64,000 nucleotides of DNA from Tubulanus polymorphus (Eukaryota > Animalia > Nemertea). The stretch spans positions 15,074,655-15,138,654 of the forward strand of contig NC_134033.1 in assembly GCF_964204645.1 (NCBI RefSeq), written 5' to 3'. A program made the position numbers and the translations under genes. Each line of letters begins with the position of its first letter. The stretch's first letter is position 1. Under the pieces are notes generated by a model. That model did not search any database and had not been told where the DNA came from. It saw nothing but the letters and a program-made list of their open reading frames with translations. Shown here piece by piece: positions 36,974-48,372 of this stretch.

Positions 36974-37549
36974 CTAGAAATAGAAACGAAAAAAGAGAAA
37001 AAAAAAAATAAGAGAAAACGAATTCAACGAAAAGTTTTTTCGAAAACATAAAATGCAAGATTGAGGAAGTTTGTCGTAGAGAATAGTAAGACAAGAGGAA
37101 GAAATACTTGAAAATAGGTAATAATTTCTTATCGAAAATCGAAAAAATATCTAAAATCAATGTTATTTCCACAGTGCACAGTTAAGAAGGGAGTGGTCCA
37201 TTTGAATTCTAAATAATTGTGATAGAATACTATTGTGATATACTGGATAATAGGCATAGATCCATCTGGGGAGAGGGTTTGGTCCACTCTACCTGTTGGA
37301 AGCTGGATCAGCCCGAAGGAGTGTGTCCGGCTCCACAAGCGAGAATTCAGGACCCGTACAAGAGGTCTGGATTCGGCGGGTCTATAGTTCAGGACCCATC
37401 CAGGATAGGGGCCTCAACCACAGGGTATGTTCTGAGTGGTTCGCCCAGCAGGATGAGGTGCCTGGCCGTCGGGACGAGTAGTACCCCGTGGTAGGAGGGG
37501 AATGCTTGGCAGGACTAGGGGTATGTAACACTTGACATTACGTGTAATG

Positions 37550-37692
37550 CCGATTCAACTTTGCTTGAGAGGACGTCATGTGGACTCGAGCTCAGTCAGT
37601 TTTGTTAGTAAATACCAGATACAGGTATGTACTACTAAAACTCACTGAGCTCGCAGCCACCAGACGTCCTCTCAAGCCAAGTTGGAAATCGA
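37550..37692. repeat. about 140-bp imperfect hairpin
   Basis: gcttgagaggacgtc / gacgtcctctcaagc and gagctcagtcagttt / aaactcactgagctc arms. Confidence 0.8.
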
Positions 37693-37726
37693 CAGGCAAT
37701 AGATTTATTTTTTATTTATTACTTAC

Positions 37727-37801
37727 AGATCCGACCGAGGCGCCGCTACTGATTGAATCGCGATCTATAGAACGATCTAACGACGTCTTAAACAATTTCA
37801 T
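37727..37801 (-). CDS. dlg1: candidate alternative first exon (MKLFKTSLDRSIDRDSISSGASVGS)
   Basis: ATG plus 25 open codons ending at a consensus gtaagt donor in phase 0. Confidence 0.65.
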
Positions 37802-38415
37802 AACCGAGTTCAACGACGAACGACTATCGACGGAACCGCGAGACGAAGACTGTCAAACAAAAAACACGCATCAGACGTCAGTTCCTTAAAACAGGGTTAG
37901 AGTTAACAGCAGTCGTATTCAGAAAAGTTTTCTAACTTAGTTGCTTTCTTTTTAAAAAAAATACATCTTAAGTTTATTTGCCGTAAAAGCTGAGCGGCCG
38001 GTTATAGATAGTTCCATAACTTGGTGCAGCCCTCATCCTATTCGACAACATAAATTGTCAATGCCAAAAGTGATTATATTTGCACGACACATAATTGTCC
38101 ACGAAAATAATTCGGGACAACTTCGTAAGGATTTCTTAAGAATTTCTGTGATAAATAAGCACTTTCTAAGGGCCATACTTAGTTTTTCCTAAAGTAACAA
38201 TTTTAAGCTCTTAGGAGACTAGCTATGAACCCCCGGTTACAATTGAAAAAAAAAAGAAACAAAAAAAAATATGAAAAACGAAGAAATGAAATTGCAGAAC
38301 CATCGTTTGAGAGAGAGATTGATGATGATTTGAGGTGGATTTATGTCGCCGGTTATTGAAGGATTAATCATTGAAGGATTCAGCAGGGCGTGCAAAGGGG
38401 AGGGGGGATACTCAC

Positions 38416-38445
38416 AGCTAGGCTTCCTACTGATCCTCGATTAGC
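38416..38445 (-). CDS. dlg1: 30-nt N-terminal micro-exon (ANRGSVGSLA)
   Basis: ttttgttttatccgacag / gtgagt, symmetric phase 0, open. Confidence 0.75.
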
Positions 38446-40529
38446 CTGTCGGATAAAACAAAATAATTAATATACAACTTGACGACTACTATAACCAGCA
38501 CGTGCTGCCATCTACCGACTGATATTAACACTAGGCCGGTATTAATCGCAGCAGGCGGCACGTTAACCAACACTGTGTTGTGCGGATAATGAATAGAAAA
38601 TAGAGTTTCCTAGAACTGAAGTCTGTTCATTTTTGTCTGGGATTTTTATATTATGGGGCAATTATACAGCATAAAATGGATATAAAAACGATGGTTTATT
38701 CAGACTGCGCTTTTTCACTGGTCGCCTATTGAGACCAATTTGAGGTATATGTTCAAAAAGATCAAGTGAAATATCCAAAAAAATTTAATCCCAGACAAAA
38801 CTTCACAAACTGTATAATCAGATAACAGTACCAGATTACTTCTCAGATTACATTCAAAATTTATCCATTATTTCTCATATTCTAGGAATGATGAATGGTA
38901 ATTGAGTTTAACAAAAGCTTAAGATCATCAAGAAACTTGATTGAGTCTTAACCCCTCGGGTTAACATTAATACCAGTCTATGAAACCAGCGCCTAGGGTT
39001 AACTAAATACCTCGATTGTGACAATGAATTCCTGTACCGTGGGAAGCAAGGATCCATTCGATGGCACTAGTGTACAAGCATTCGGAATACTATCCCAGAT
39101 TTCTGCTCGGGTTCAATTATTAAAATCTATCAATCATTTCTCAAATTCTACGAATGACGAATGATAAAATGTGCACCAAATTTGAACCTAAAAGCATCGA
39201 TCTGACTTTTATCTTCGGGAAAAGATTTGCCTAATTTCTGATGTGGGAGGCTAAAAATCTACATGAAATTACATTGGGGCTATTACAGTTAATTCGATGT
39301 TTCTTCAAGCATACTACCAGCTCAAGGAAACACTTCAGACTGCAGTTTTCATTCTTAGTGCGAGGTTTTTTTATACTATACCAGCACGTGCTGCCATCTA
39401 CTGACGGCTATCAACACTAGTCAGGTATACTCATTGCAGCCATTGCCCCGTTATCGGATAATCATAGTTATTAAGTTAATTACTCGCGGGCGCCACCTGA
39501 GAGCAGCCGACGAAAAAACAATTCCGCCTAAAATTGACGATCATCGACGCCGAATAACTTTACACTATTCGCACCCGTTTAAACGGTAACCATGGCAACG
39601 CGATCGGTAGTATTATCGTTATTAAACGCGTGTGCGCGCGTGGAGACGGTTTCGGTCGGTTTTTTTTTTACTCGTTCTCCTCGCTAGGAATCCTCACCGG
39701 GCGTCGGACGAGACGGCGTAAGAGATTACCGAGCCGATTCGATTGGTCGAGAATCGACGGTAATTGACAGGCGATCGTCGTCGTCGGGGGCGATACGAGG
39801 ATAAATCGCGTAATTCGGAACGTACGTACGGTCGTCGTGAATTCCTGACGGTAGAAATCCACCGCCTCGAGAAATCAATACGCAGAGAAAAATGCTGCGA
39901 GCAGATTTAGAGCTTGTTTTATGAGAGTGAGTCTCGGCCCCCCGAGTCGAGGGAGGTCTGTTCGCCGTGTGCCCCAACGCCGGTAGCATTTTCATTTCCT
40001 AGAGCTAATATGCAGAGAATCGTGCGCGGTAATAACGAAAAAATAATTCAAAGTCCGAAAATGTTTCCAAATGTTTTGTAATTCATGACTGAGCTATTTG
40101 AATCAAGAAGTTTATTAGTCGACATACGTCAAAATCTACTGCCTCGAGAAATCAATACGCAGAGAAAAATGCTGCGAGCAGATTTAGAGCTATTTGAATC
40201 AAGAAGTTTATTAGTCGATATAGTCAAAACGTTGAATAAACTACAAGCTCAAGGAAAGTTTTTCGGACTTTCTATTATTTTTTTTCTGTTATTACTGATG
40301 GATTCTCCAAATACTATAGATGTATTTAGGATTATGAGCTTGAAATCATCCTAACGCAGTTCAAATCACGCGTTTATTATCATCTCTTATCAATGAGGAT
40401 TTGGGAATTTCGAAGTTTATCATCTTATTTTGAATCTAATACTATATCATAGGTTTCCTGTATATTCTTATGAAAAGCTGTCCTAAGCAATAGGTCTGAT
40501 TGTTATCACAGAATGATCGTGAATGGAGC

Positions 40530-40750
40530 ATATGACAACTGGTCACTACACCCGACTGGTCACTTCACAACTGACCAGTCGCCACAGCTGACTGGTCAGC
40601 AGACCAGTCACCAGACAAACCAAACTTCAAAACTGTATCAATCACTACAGCTCAATGGTCTAGTGGTTAGGACAGAGGACTGGCAAGCAGAGGGCCCAGG
40701 TTCAAATACTGGTGGGGGTAGGGTTATGCGTGAGCTTAAGTGGTGGGACC
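40530..40750 (+). mobile_element. dispersed repeat with an internal tRNA-like segment; second copy at about 57175-57400
   Basis: A box tggtctagtgg and B box ggttcaaat in gctcaatggtctagtggttaggacagaggactggcaagcagagggcccaggttcaaat, identical at 40650 and 57267. Confidence 0.65.
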
Positions 40751-41215
40751 GTAATAGGAGATTATTTTGGAAAAACAAAATTTTTATTTTGCCTTTTAAG
40801 AAATTTACATCAGGCAGTTTTTTTTGTTGTTGCTTTTATCGTTGTTGTTGGATGTTGTTCATTAATTACGCGCGGCAACCAGAAACAATCACTGGCAAGT
40901 GAGGGATGTCAATGCGGATTATTAGAGTTATTCTTCATATCGTGTATTATTGAATTACCGATTGTGATTGTTATTCCATGTGTGAAACTCCGTCATAGGG
41001 AAAAGCGATCGTGCGTGTGTGAACTCCGACACAGGGAAACTGCTAATACACTCACACATACATACCGGAGCTCCGGTATATGGCAGGCCTCCGGTGTGGG
41101 ACAGGCAAACGCGCAGCTGTAGCGCCTTGGACCTTATGAATTCATACAACTTATGTTTATCATCCCTGAGCGCCATTTGGGCCATCATTCGGATTTTCCA
41201 AGAGAGATACTTAGT

Positions 41216-41605
41216 GATAGTAATTTAATTTCTATAGCGCCCTTTTCTGGTATTATTACCCCCAGCCTATAACTCTATTCCATGTATCAGTCATTTCTCC
41301 CTGAGAAGTAACATCCGAGCAGCTGCTAGGCGCTCAGGAGTCATCTATCAGGCCAGGTACCCATTTACTCCTGGGGCCTGTTGCACAGTCGTGACTTAAG
41401 TCCAAAACTGGTCTTAAGTTGTTAGATTGGCTATAGAACTTAGTTGGTCTTAGACTGGTCTTAAGTCTAAGTCATGACTATGCAACCGGCCCCTTGGTGG
41501 ATAGAGGCAATGAAGATTAGTGTCTTGCCCGAGGACACTACGGTAATGTACGGGGTTCGAACCTACGACCTCGCTTCCCAGAGTCGATCGCTCTAACCAC
41601 TCAGA
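41216..41605 (-). mobile_element. tRNA-derived SINE (with nested MITE 41374-41492); uninterrupted copy at about 56270-56576
   Basis: Minus-strand head gagtggttagagcg...ggttcgaacc (A/B boxes), then gtgtcctcgggcaagacac...ccacccaggagtaaatgggtacctgg central domain shared by both copies. Confidence 0.8.
41374..41492. mobile_element. Harbinger-like MITE (gggcc TIR); copies at 58115-58252 and degraded at about 21670-21900, 52540-52670, 57008-57130
   Basis: gggcctgttgcacagtcgtgacttaag ... taagtcatgactatgcaaccggccc; absent from the 56.4 kb SINE copy, which gives the empty site. Confidence 0.85.
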
Positions 41606-42691
41606 CTTGAGATAAACGATTCATTTTCGAAAATTCCGGTCGCTGTAATGAAGAAACCCGGTCGCTGCGAGTCCATTCAAGGACGGATCATTCTAATTAA
41701 GCAATGGCAGTTTTTATGAAGCTGTGAGTTGATTAGCCTCAGTTAGCGGCTGTGTCACCCGTCGTCAGTGAGGACCTCCCTGTTTGTGTGAAGACTTCTA
41801 ATCGAATCATCCTATATAGCGGACATGTAATTTCCTGTCTTACAGCCGGAGGGCTGGAGGGGGCGGGTTAGGGGGGGATTGATGACCTGTGATATTTAAC
41901 AACTTCTATATAACACTTGAAACTGAAGTCTCCGTTGATGGTGATTGACCTCGTCGATTCACGTATTCTTCAAGAAAATATCCGAACTATAAACACGTTA
42001 TGGATCAATCATTCGTCATCGCATAACTATCTCTTTAGATAGAATTTATGATAAAGACCTAAATTTCTACAAACGTTGCGTAAAATAATGTCTCAACGAG
42101 CATTTCACTTTTACAAATTAATCCAATTCAATTTCTAGAATCAATTTCAAGATAGAATCAACCAAATATTGAACAGGTTCTTAATCTATGTAGAAAAAAT
42201 AGTTTTATCTTTCGAACGATCTAGATTTTAAAATCATTTTCCAAATAATCTAATTCTTTTTTTATAGATACCGCCATCTCTGTACATATAACAAAATCCG
42301 TAAAATCCAACAATCGGGTTCTTTATTTCTTTTTTCATGAATAGTTTCTGTTTCAGTTTAGTTTTCTAAAATCGTTTTTCAAATAATTCATTTTTTTTTC
42401 ATAATAGATATTATCTTATCGAAACTATGAAATCCTTTGAAAGGTTCCGCGATTCTTGGCGGCAATAACAAAGAAAGAGATTGGCAAATAAAGAAAGTCG
42501 ATATATTGCGCGAATGATGCTGTTATCACAATTGAGCGAACTGTTTATTCGTTACACGCCTGAATTTCTGCAGGAAATGACTTTTCGAGTGTCGACGTTT
42601 TGTAACGGGTTTTTTTTTTCATTTTTTTCATAATAACTCGATATCGTATATGTATATAAATATATATATATATATATATTTATGTATATAA

Positions 42692-42724
<33 letters not shown>

Positions 42725-42733
42725 CACACATAC

Positions 42734-42769
42734 GCCCCCGGGGACTGGTTTTGTTCCTCTCGTAACCAT
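42734..42769 (-). CDS. dlg1: weak candidate alternative first exon (MVTRGTKPVPGG)
   Basis: ATG plus 12 codons, GGC|gtatgt phase 0 donor, CpG-rich upstream. Confidence 0.35.
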
Positions 42770-43553
42770 AGGAACTTACTTCCAATTTCAGCAACAATTA
42801 CTCGCGCCGCGTGCGACTACATTGTGTGTGTGTTTGTGTTTGTTTGCGTATTGATCTCCTCTCAGCAGACGCAATCCTGTCGCATTGTCATCGTCGACGA
42901 CGATAACCGACAAAAAAAAAAAACATTCGAATCTAAATCGAAAAATGTTTTATTTTTCGAAACGAACAGGTGTCGGATCGAAGGAATTTTCACGTATTTT
43001 TCCGCGTCCTCAAAACAGCTCACGACATTTCTTCATGACAAATAACCAGGAGGGGGGATGTGTATCATCCGTAGATTGTTAGGGGGTAAAATAATCACTG
43101 GGAGATTTGTCAGATATTACCTTGGTTTCTCATTGATAGTTGTCATCCTGGTTCGGGATTTATCCCTCAGGGCAGGTCTATGATATTGCGCCTTGGTTGA
43201 GCATTTATCCCTTAGGGGTAACTTTTTTTGATACATGGTCTATGAAACCAAGCCCCGATTGAGAGTTTTCCCCCAGGGGTAACTTTGATACACGGTCTAT
43301 GAAATTGCGCCCAGGATTTTTGACATAACTGTTTATTGGGTCCGTACAGTTTCCCGAAATACAAAGCTTAATTTGTTATTTGGTATATTCACACGTTGTT
43401 AAGATAAAAAGTTTTTCTTATAAAACTGCACACAGAGTTCAGTGTCATGAAAAGGTTTACCCGAAACTGATGCAATTTCTTCATGAAAAGTACATTTTCT
43501 AAATGAAAATAATGCTTTAATTGATTTTTGATTCAATTTCGTGCGATCAGCTG

Positions 43554-43661
43554 GATCCAGTTCCACAGTTCCCAGCTAAGATTTGACTCTGAGTTAACTC
43601 ATTGAAAATGAACTAACTTTGACTCAGAGTTAACTCTAACATACAACTGTGGAACTGGGTC
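43554..43661. mobile_element. hairpin MITE with CTG TSD; degenerate copy at about 31930-31995
   Basis: ctg|gatccagttccacagtt ... aactgtggaactgggtc|ctg. Confidence 0.8.
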
Positions 43662-44749
43662 CTGTATTTTACGAGTTGACGACAGTTTACTGCCTGTAAT
43701 TCGGTTGAACGCTATTTCCATGAATAAATTGATATTTTCGTCATTAATCGCCGATGTTTTCAATTGATGTTTCGCACGTCAATTTTAGCCCGGACTAATG
43801 GACGTTTAACAGCGATCCAAACCGATCGCTTCGGAGGGACCTCGACGACGTATCCATCCGACAGAGGGCGCCGCCGTCGTTACGCGAGATCCTAGTGTGC
43901 ATCGCGTTGCCACGGTTACGTACCTCCGGGGTAAAACGAGACTCGGTTGTCGTCGTCGTCGTCGATGACGTAACCGATATAAAATATTATTAGAGATGAT
44001 AAAAATTATTCATCGAACAAAATGAAAACGTTGTTTTAGCGTCGCGGTGAAATTTGACCCGCGTACGCGATATTGATTTTATATTATGTCGGGTAGTGAC
44101 GGAGAATATAGAGCTATTCTGAGGAGGTTTCATACAGATACATCATACCATACGTCTATCAGTTTACAATCTAACCAATTAATAACCAGGGCGGCCACCT
44201 TCCGACTATTTACGAATTCTCGGATTTATCCTTGTAATAAAATTAAGATCCCGGGGCACGGGTGAATGAAGAAATTTCTTGGTCTAATATCCGAGTATCC
44301 AAGCTCTCTGCAATTACAGTTTGTGAAATTCCCAAAGTTTTCCAGGGGATATCTTAGTCCCCCGCCCCCTGATTCCCTGAGTTTTCAAAGACTTTTCCTC
44401 ATAATAAAACAGAATTCCCTAAGTGAATCTGCTGCAGGCTAATGACGAAATATCTTCTAATTCTCTTAGGTTTCCAGGTCAGTGTCCACCCTGATTAACT
44501 GTAGATTATATAGTTTGTTCTAAAACACTCCCTAAAAAGCTCTCCAGTTATAGTATAAAATACCTTGAAATTGGTGTCCGGAATGTCTTTTCACCGGCAT
44601 TTCCACTCACGGCATTTTCACTTACGGCATTTTTACCTTCAGAAAATGACGCATCTAGCACAAGTAAGGGGATGCTATTTCCGATAATTGGGACATGGCG
44701 GTTTGAAATAAGGAATATCTACGTCTCTCGTCGGGTAGTGAATACTTAC

Positions 44750-44902
44750 GTGGTCGTATCTGATCGTGTGCACGTATTTGTGAAAAGATACGGCTTTATT
44801 GCCGGCGGGGGCGCCACTGCTGCTCGCGCTACTGCCCGAGCCCCGGCTCTTCTGGCTGTGAGGTACGGTCGGGGGTAGTTTAAAACGGCACCAAGCGAAC
44901 AT
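44750..44902 (-). CDS. dlg1: candidate alternative first exon (MFAWCRFKLPPTVPHSQKSRGSGSSASSSGAPAGNKAVSFHKYVHTIRYDH)
   Basis: ATG with in-frame TGA two codons upstream, 51 GC-rich open codons, CAC|gtaagt donor in phase 0. Confidence 0.75.
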
Positions 44903-47900
44903 TATTCAAATATCAAGCGCTTCCATATTATCACACTAGGCGGCGGTTTTTACCACTTCGGATGTTAGTTTCTTTTTATCTCACTAGATGGCAGTTTTAA
45001 CCATACGAGTTATGGTTATTTCACGTGCTTCACAATGATAAATCCCAGATTCTAGACGTTTTTATCCTTTTTTTCAATTTAACCACGCGAGTTATGGTTA
45101 TATCACATGCTTCGAGATCATAAATTCCGAATTCGACACGTTTTTCTCCGTTTTTTCAAGTATCTGATCATTTTTTCGATATCTATTGATCGAATCTCGA
45201 ATAATTGCGATGAATTTGCGCGATAATCTCAAAATTGCGCGAATCTACTCGAAAGCTTTTTCGAATTGCGTATCTAATCATCGAGAACGCATCATCAGCG
45301 CGAGTACGTCCGTAATTCCCCGCTGACAACAATGCATGCAACGACTGATCGTCATGGCGATTTTCGTCCGTGGGACAATAGTTTCGATCGAGCTGCGTAC
45401 GGTCGGTCTTTTTCCAACTGTTGCCGATGATAACGGATATACGAACGCGTCGGATAAGAGCAGTCGTCTCGAAGATCGTCCGGCGATCATAACTCACGCC
45501 GACGACGAGCGCGCGCGATCGACTTCAATCCCTCGTTCTACAAAATAAAACAAACAAATTGATTTTTATATCGGACGACGATAAAAACGAGGGAGAAAGA
45601 AAAGATTTTGACGAGATGATATTTCGAAAATTTGATGGAATGTAACGTAATGCGTGATGGCCGATGATGAATGGAGTTTAGATTGACGGGAGTCTGACGA
45701 CGAACGACTGACGCGTCGTTTCATAATGTAATTCATGCGAATAAATGGAACTGGCTGAAAAAGTGTGTATCAAATGAATTCTTTAAATCTGATTACGGGT
45801 GCGCCGTCTCCGGTGCAGTTTATATCGAAGTGTAGCGAGAATGGCGGTAATAGCGGGGTTAAACAAGGGGAGTACTGTTGTCTCCATTTGTTTGTACGGT
45901 GTTCTCCACATGCTGGAATTTTAGAGCGACTGCATTCATTGTTAAGTGTATGACATTGTGGCTGTTGAAGTAGCAAAGCTTTCGATCATACCGAAAAACT
46001 ACAGAAAATTGAAGCATCTTCTATTTTTCACAGTCAATCTTAATCTATATATTTCAAATCAATCGGCGGATGTCACTGTCATTGAGTACAACCAGTTGCT
46101 TAAAAGTGGAAATGACCAACTGGCTGCAACTGGATATAAATCGTCTCTTACCAGTTGTAAGCGTACACAAGCGAACTGATTGTATCCAGCCAGTTCCACT
46201 CATACGCTGAAAACTGCCTCGCGAATAGTTGTCTCCAGTTACTTCGTTGATGAACGCTAAGCTTTAGAGCTTATACCAGGGTCAAACAAGGGGGAATACT
46301 GTCTCCACTGGCATTTATATAGTTACGACGCAAAGAGTTCATTCTCTGGTTCCTAGAGATAACAACGCGGGGTCAAGCAAGGTAGAGAACTGTCTCCACT
46401 AGCGTTGACGAATCTATTGACATTTTTACGAGAGGAAAAAAGAAACGAATTGCAGAATTTTCAGTTTATAAGAGAAATGAGTCGGTTCAGTGCAAGGACT
46501 GAAGAACGAAGAAGGGTTGAGGTCGGTTTAATTAACACGAATATCGAACGGAATCATCATCAATCATAACAACTCATTGTTTATTCATAGATTCGATACT
46601 ATCATCCCCCCCCCCCCCCAATCCTCCCACCTCCCCTCTCTCTCTGCGTCTCAAGATGATTTACCTCTGATTATTTATATGAAACTGAACTAACCACCCG
46701 TAATACATAGCTATAAATCATTCCATCAACGAACATCGCACGCAAGATTTCCAGTGCAACCATCCAGATTGAGTAACTTTCGCTAATTTTTCATTTTTTC
46801 ATAGCAAAATTCGTCGAGAAAAGACTCATTGTACACATAGGGATCAGCTATAACTTAAACATCAGGGAGTATAATCTGAATGTTTGTCAGTTGAGATAAC
46901 CAGAGACCCAGCGCTTCAACAATGAGACAAATTTATAATACACCTTTTAACATCGACGAAACAGTCGTATTTGTTAATCTTTTCAACTCTTTTTATGTTG
47001 TGTATTAGCACTAGTCTGTATGAAATCCCATTACTAAATCAGTTCTAAGTTACTAATCTTGGAATTTTGCTTCAACGCTTATATTTCTGAAGGCGATTAT
47101 TGGATTTAATGGAAAAGTTGAATAAACTACTACCTAAATACTTCATACTCTTCATTATTCTAAGTTGGGAAAATATCTTATTTCATAATACGCTAATTTC
47201 ATATTCACACGATAACAAGACCATGTTGAATTATTTTTTTCAAGTGTTTAGTTCGGTTCGTGTTAACATTTTACGCCCTGTCACGTCGGCTTGTCTGACA
47301 AACGACTGTTAACCGCGTCTGCTTATCAAACGACCGTTAACCGTTACACAGCAGTTTAATCATCATTTGAATAAAATGTCTCCACATCGTGCGTAAATGA
47401 TGAATCCCTCGCCGAAACCTGGAAATATTTGCACCTAGAGTTTACGAGCAAGCAGCAATTGAAATGATAGACGAGAGAGGAGAGAGAGGAGAAAGGAGAG
47501 GAGGGGATGGAGGAGAGGTTAGAAAAGAGAGTGTGGAGGAGAGGATGGAGAGGAGAAAGAGAGAGAAAGGAGAGGAGGGGATGGAGGAGAGGGTAGAGAG
47601 AGGAGAGAGTGTGGAGGAGAGGGTAGAGAGGAGAAAGAGAGAGAAAGCAGGGGTAGGGATGGAGGAGAGGATGGAGAAGAGAGGAGAGAGTGAGGAGAGG
47701 ATGGAGAGGAGAAAGAGGATAGAGAAAGGAGAGGAGGGGATGGAGGAGAGGGTAGAGAGAGGAGAGAGTGTGGAGGAGAGGATGGAGAGGAGAAAGAGGA
47801 GAAAGGAGAGGAGGGGATGGAGGAGAGGGTAGAGAGAGGAGAGAGTGTGGAGGAGAGGAGAGGTGTAAGAAGAGAGAGGGGAGAAAAAGGGAGAAGAGAG

Positions 47901-48113
47901 AAAAAGCAGAAAAGGAGAAAGAGAGAGAGAAGAGATTTACTGGTTTTTGGGATTAGTTTAAACACTGTTGCCTTCATACAAGCGGAATTCCGCACGTATC
48001 TCATCGACTTTAACCTTCATCCCGCCGAACACAACGACGAAGACACACAATATCGAAGCGTCTTACTAAACAAACATTCGTTCGAAATCAAAGTAAACTT
48101 CACTCCCACTTAC

Positions 48114-48158
48114 GGCGAATAACTTCCGATAAATAACTCGCTCGCGATAATTCCCCAT
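48114..48158 (-). CDS. dlg1: candidate alternative first exon (MGNYRERVIYRKLFA)
   Basis: ATG plus 15 codons ending at GCC|gtaagt in phase 0. Confidence 0.5.
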
Positions 48159-48301
48159 CGAACGATGGATCTCTCGATTAAAAACCTTGAACGACTTGAC
48201 GGACACAACGCGAGCTTTCATTAGAAAAACGTATTTTTATCCTTCGCCGATTCAGCTTACAGAAATATCGGGCCACGAGTTATTCAATATCCTTCGAGTC
48301 T

Positions 48302-48372
<71 letters not shown>

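Noticed and set aside
37218-37530. Solo LTR (TG...CA ends, GC-richer segment)
   Set aside because: No matching target-site duplication and no second copy seen
40650-40720. tRNA gene (also 57267-57336)
   Set aside because: A/B boxes are present but the acceptor and anticodon stems do not pair; embedded in a dispersed repeat
47464-48122. E/R-rich and S/P/L-rich ORFs (also 34204-34609, 53331-53741, 54172-54624)
   Set aside because: Low-complexity or minisatellite translations
48114-48158. N-myristoylation of MGNYRE
   Set aside because: Gly2 is present but position 6 is Glu rather than the preferred Ser/Thr, so it is not claimed
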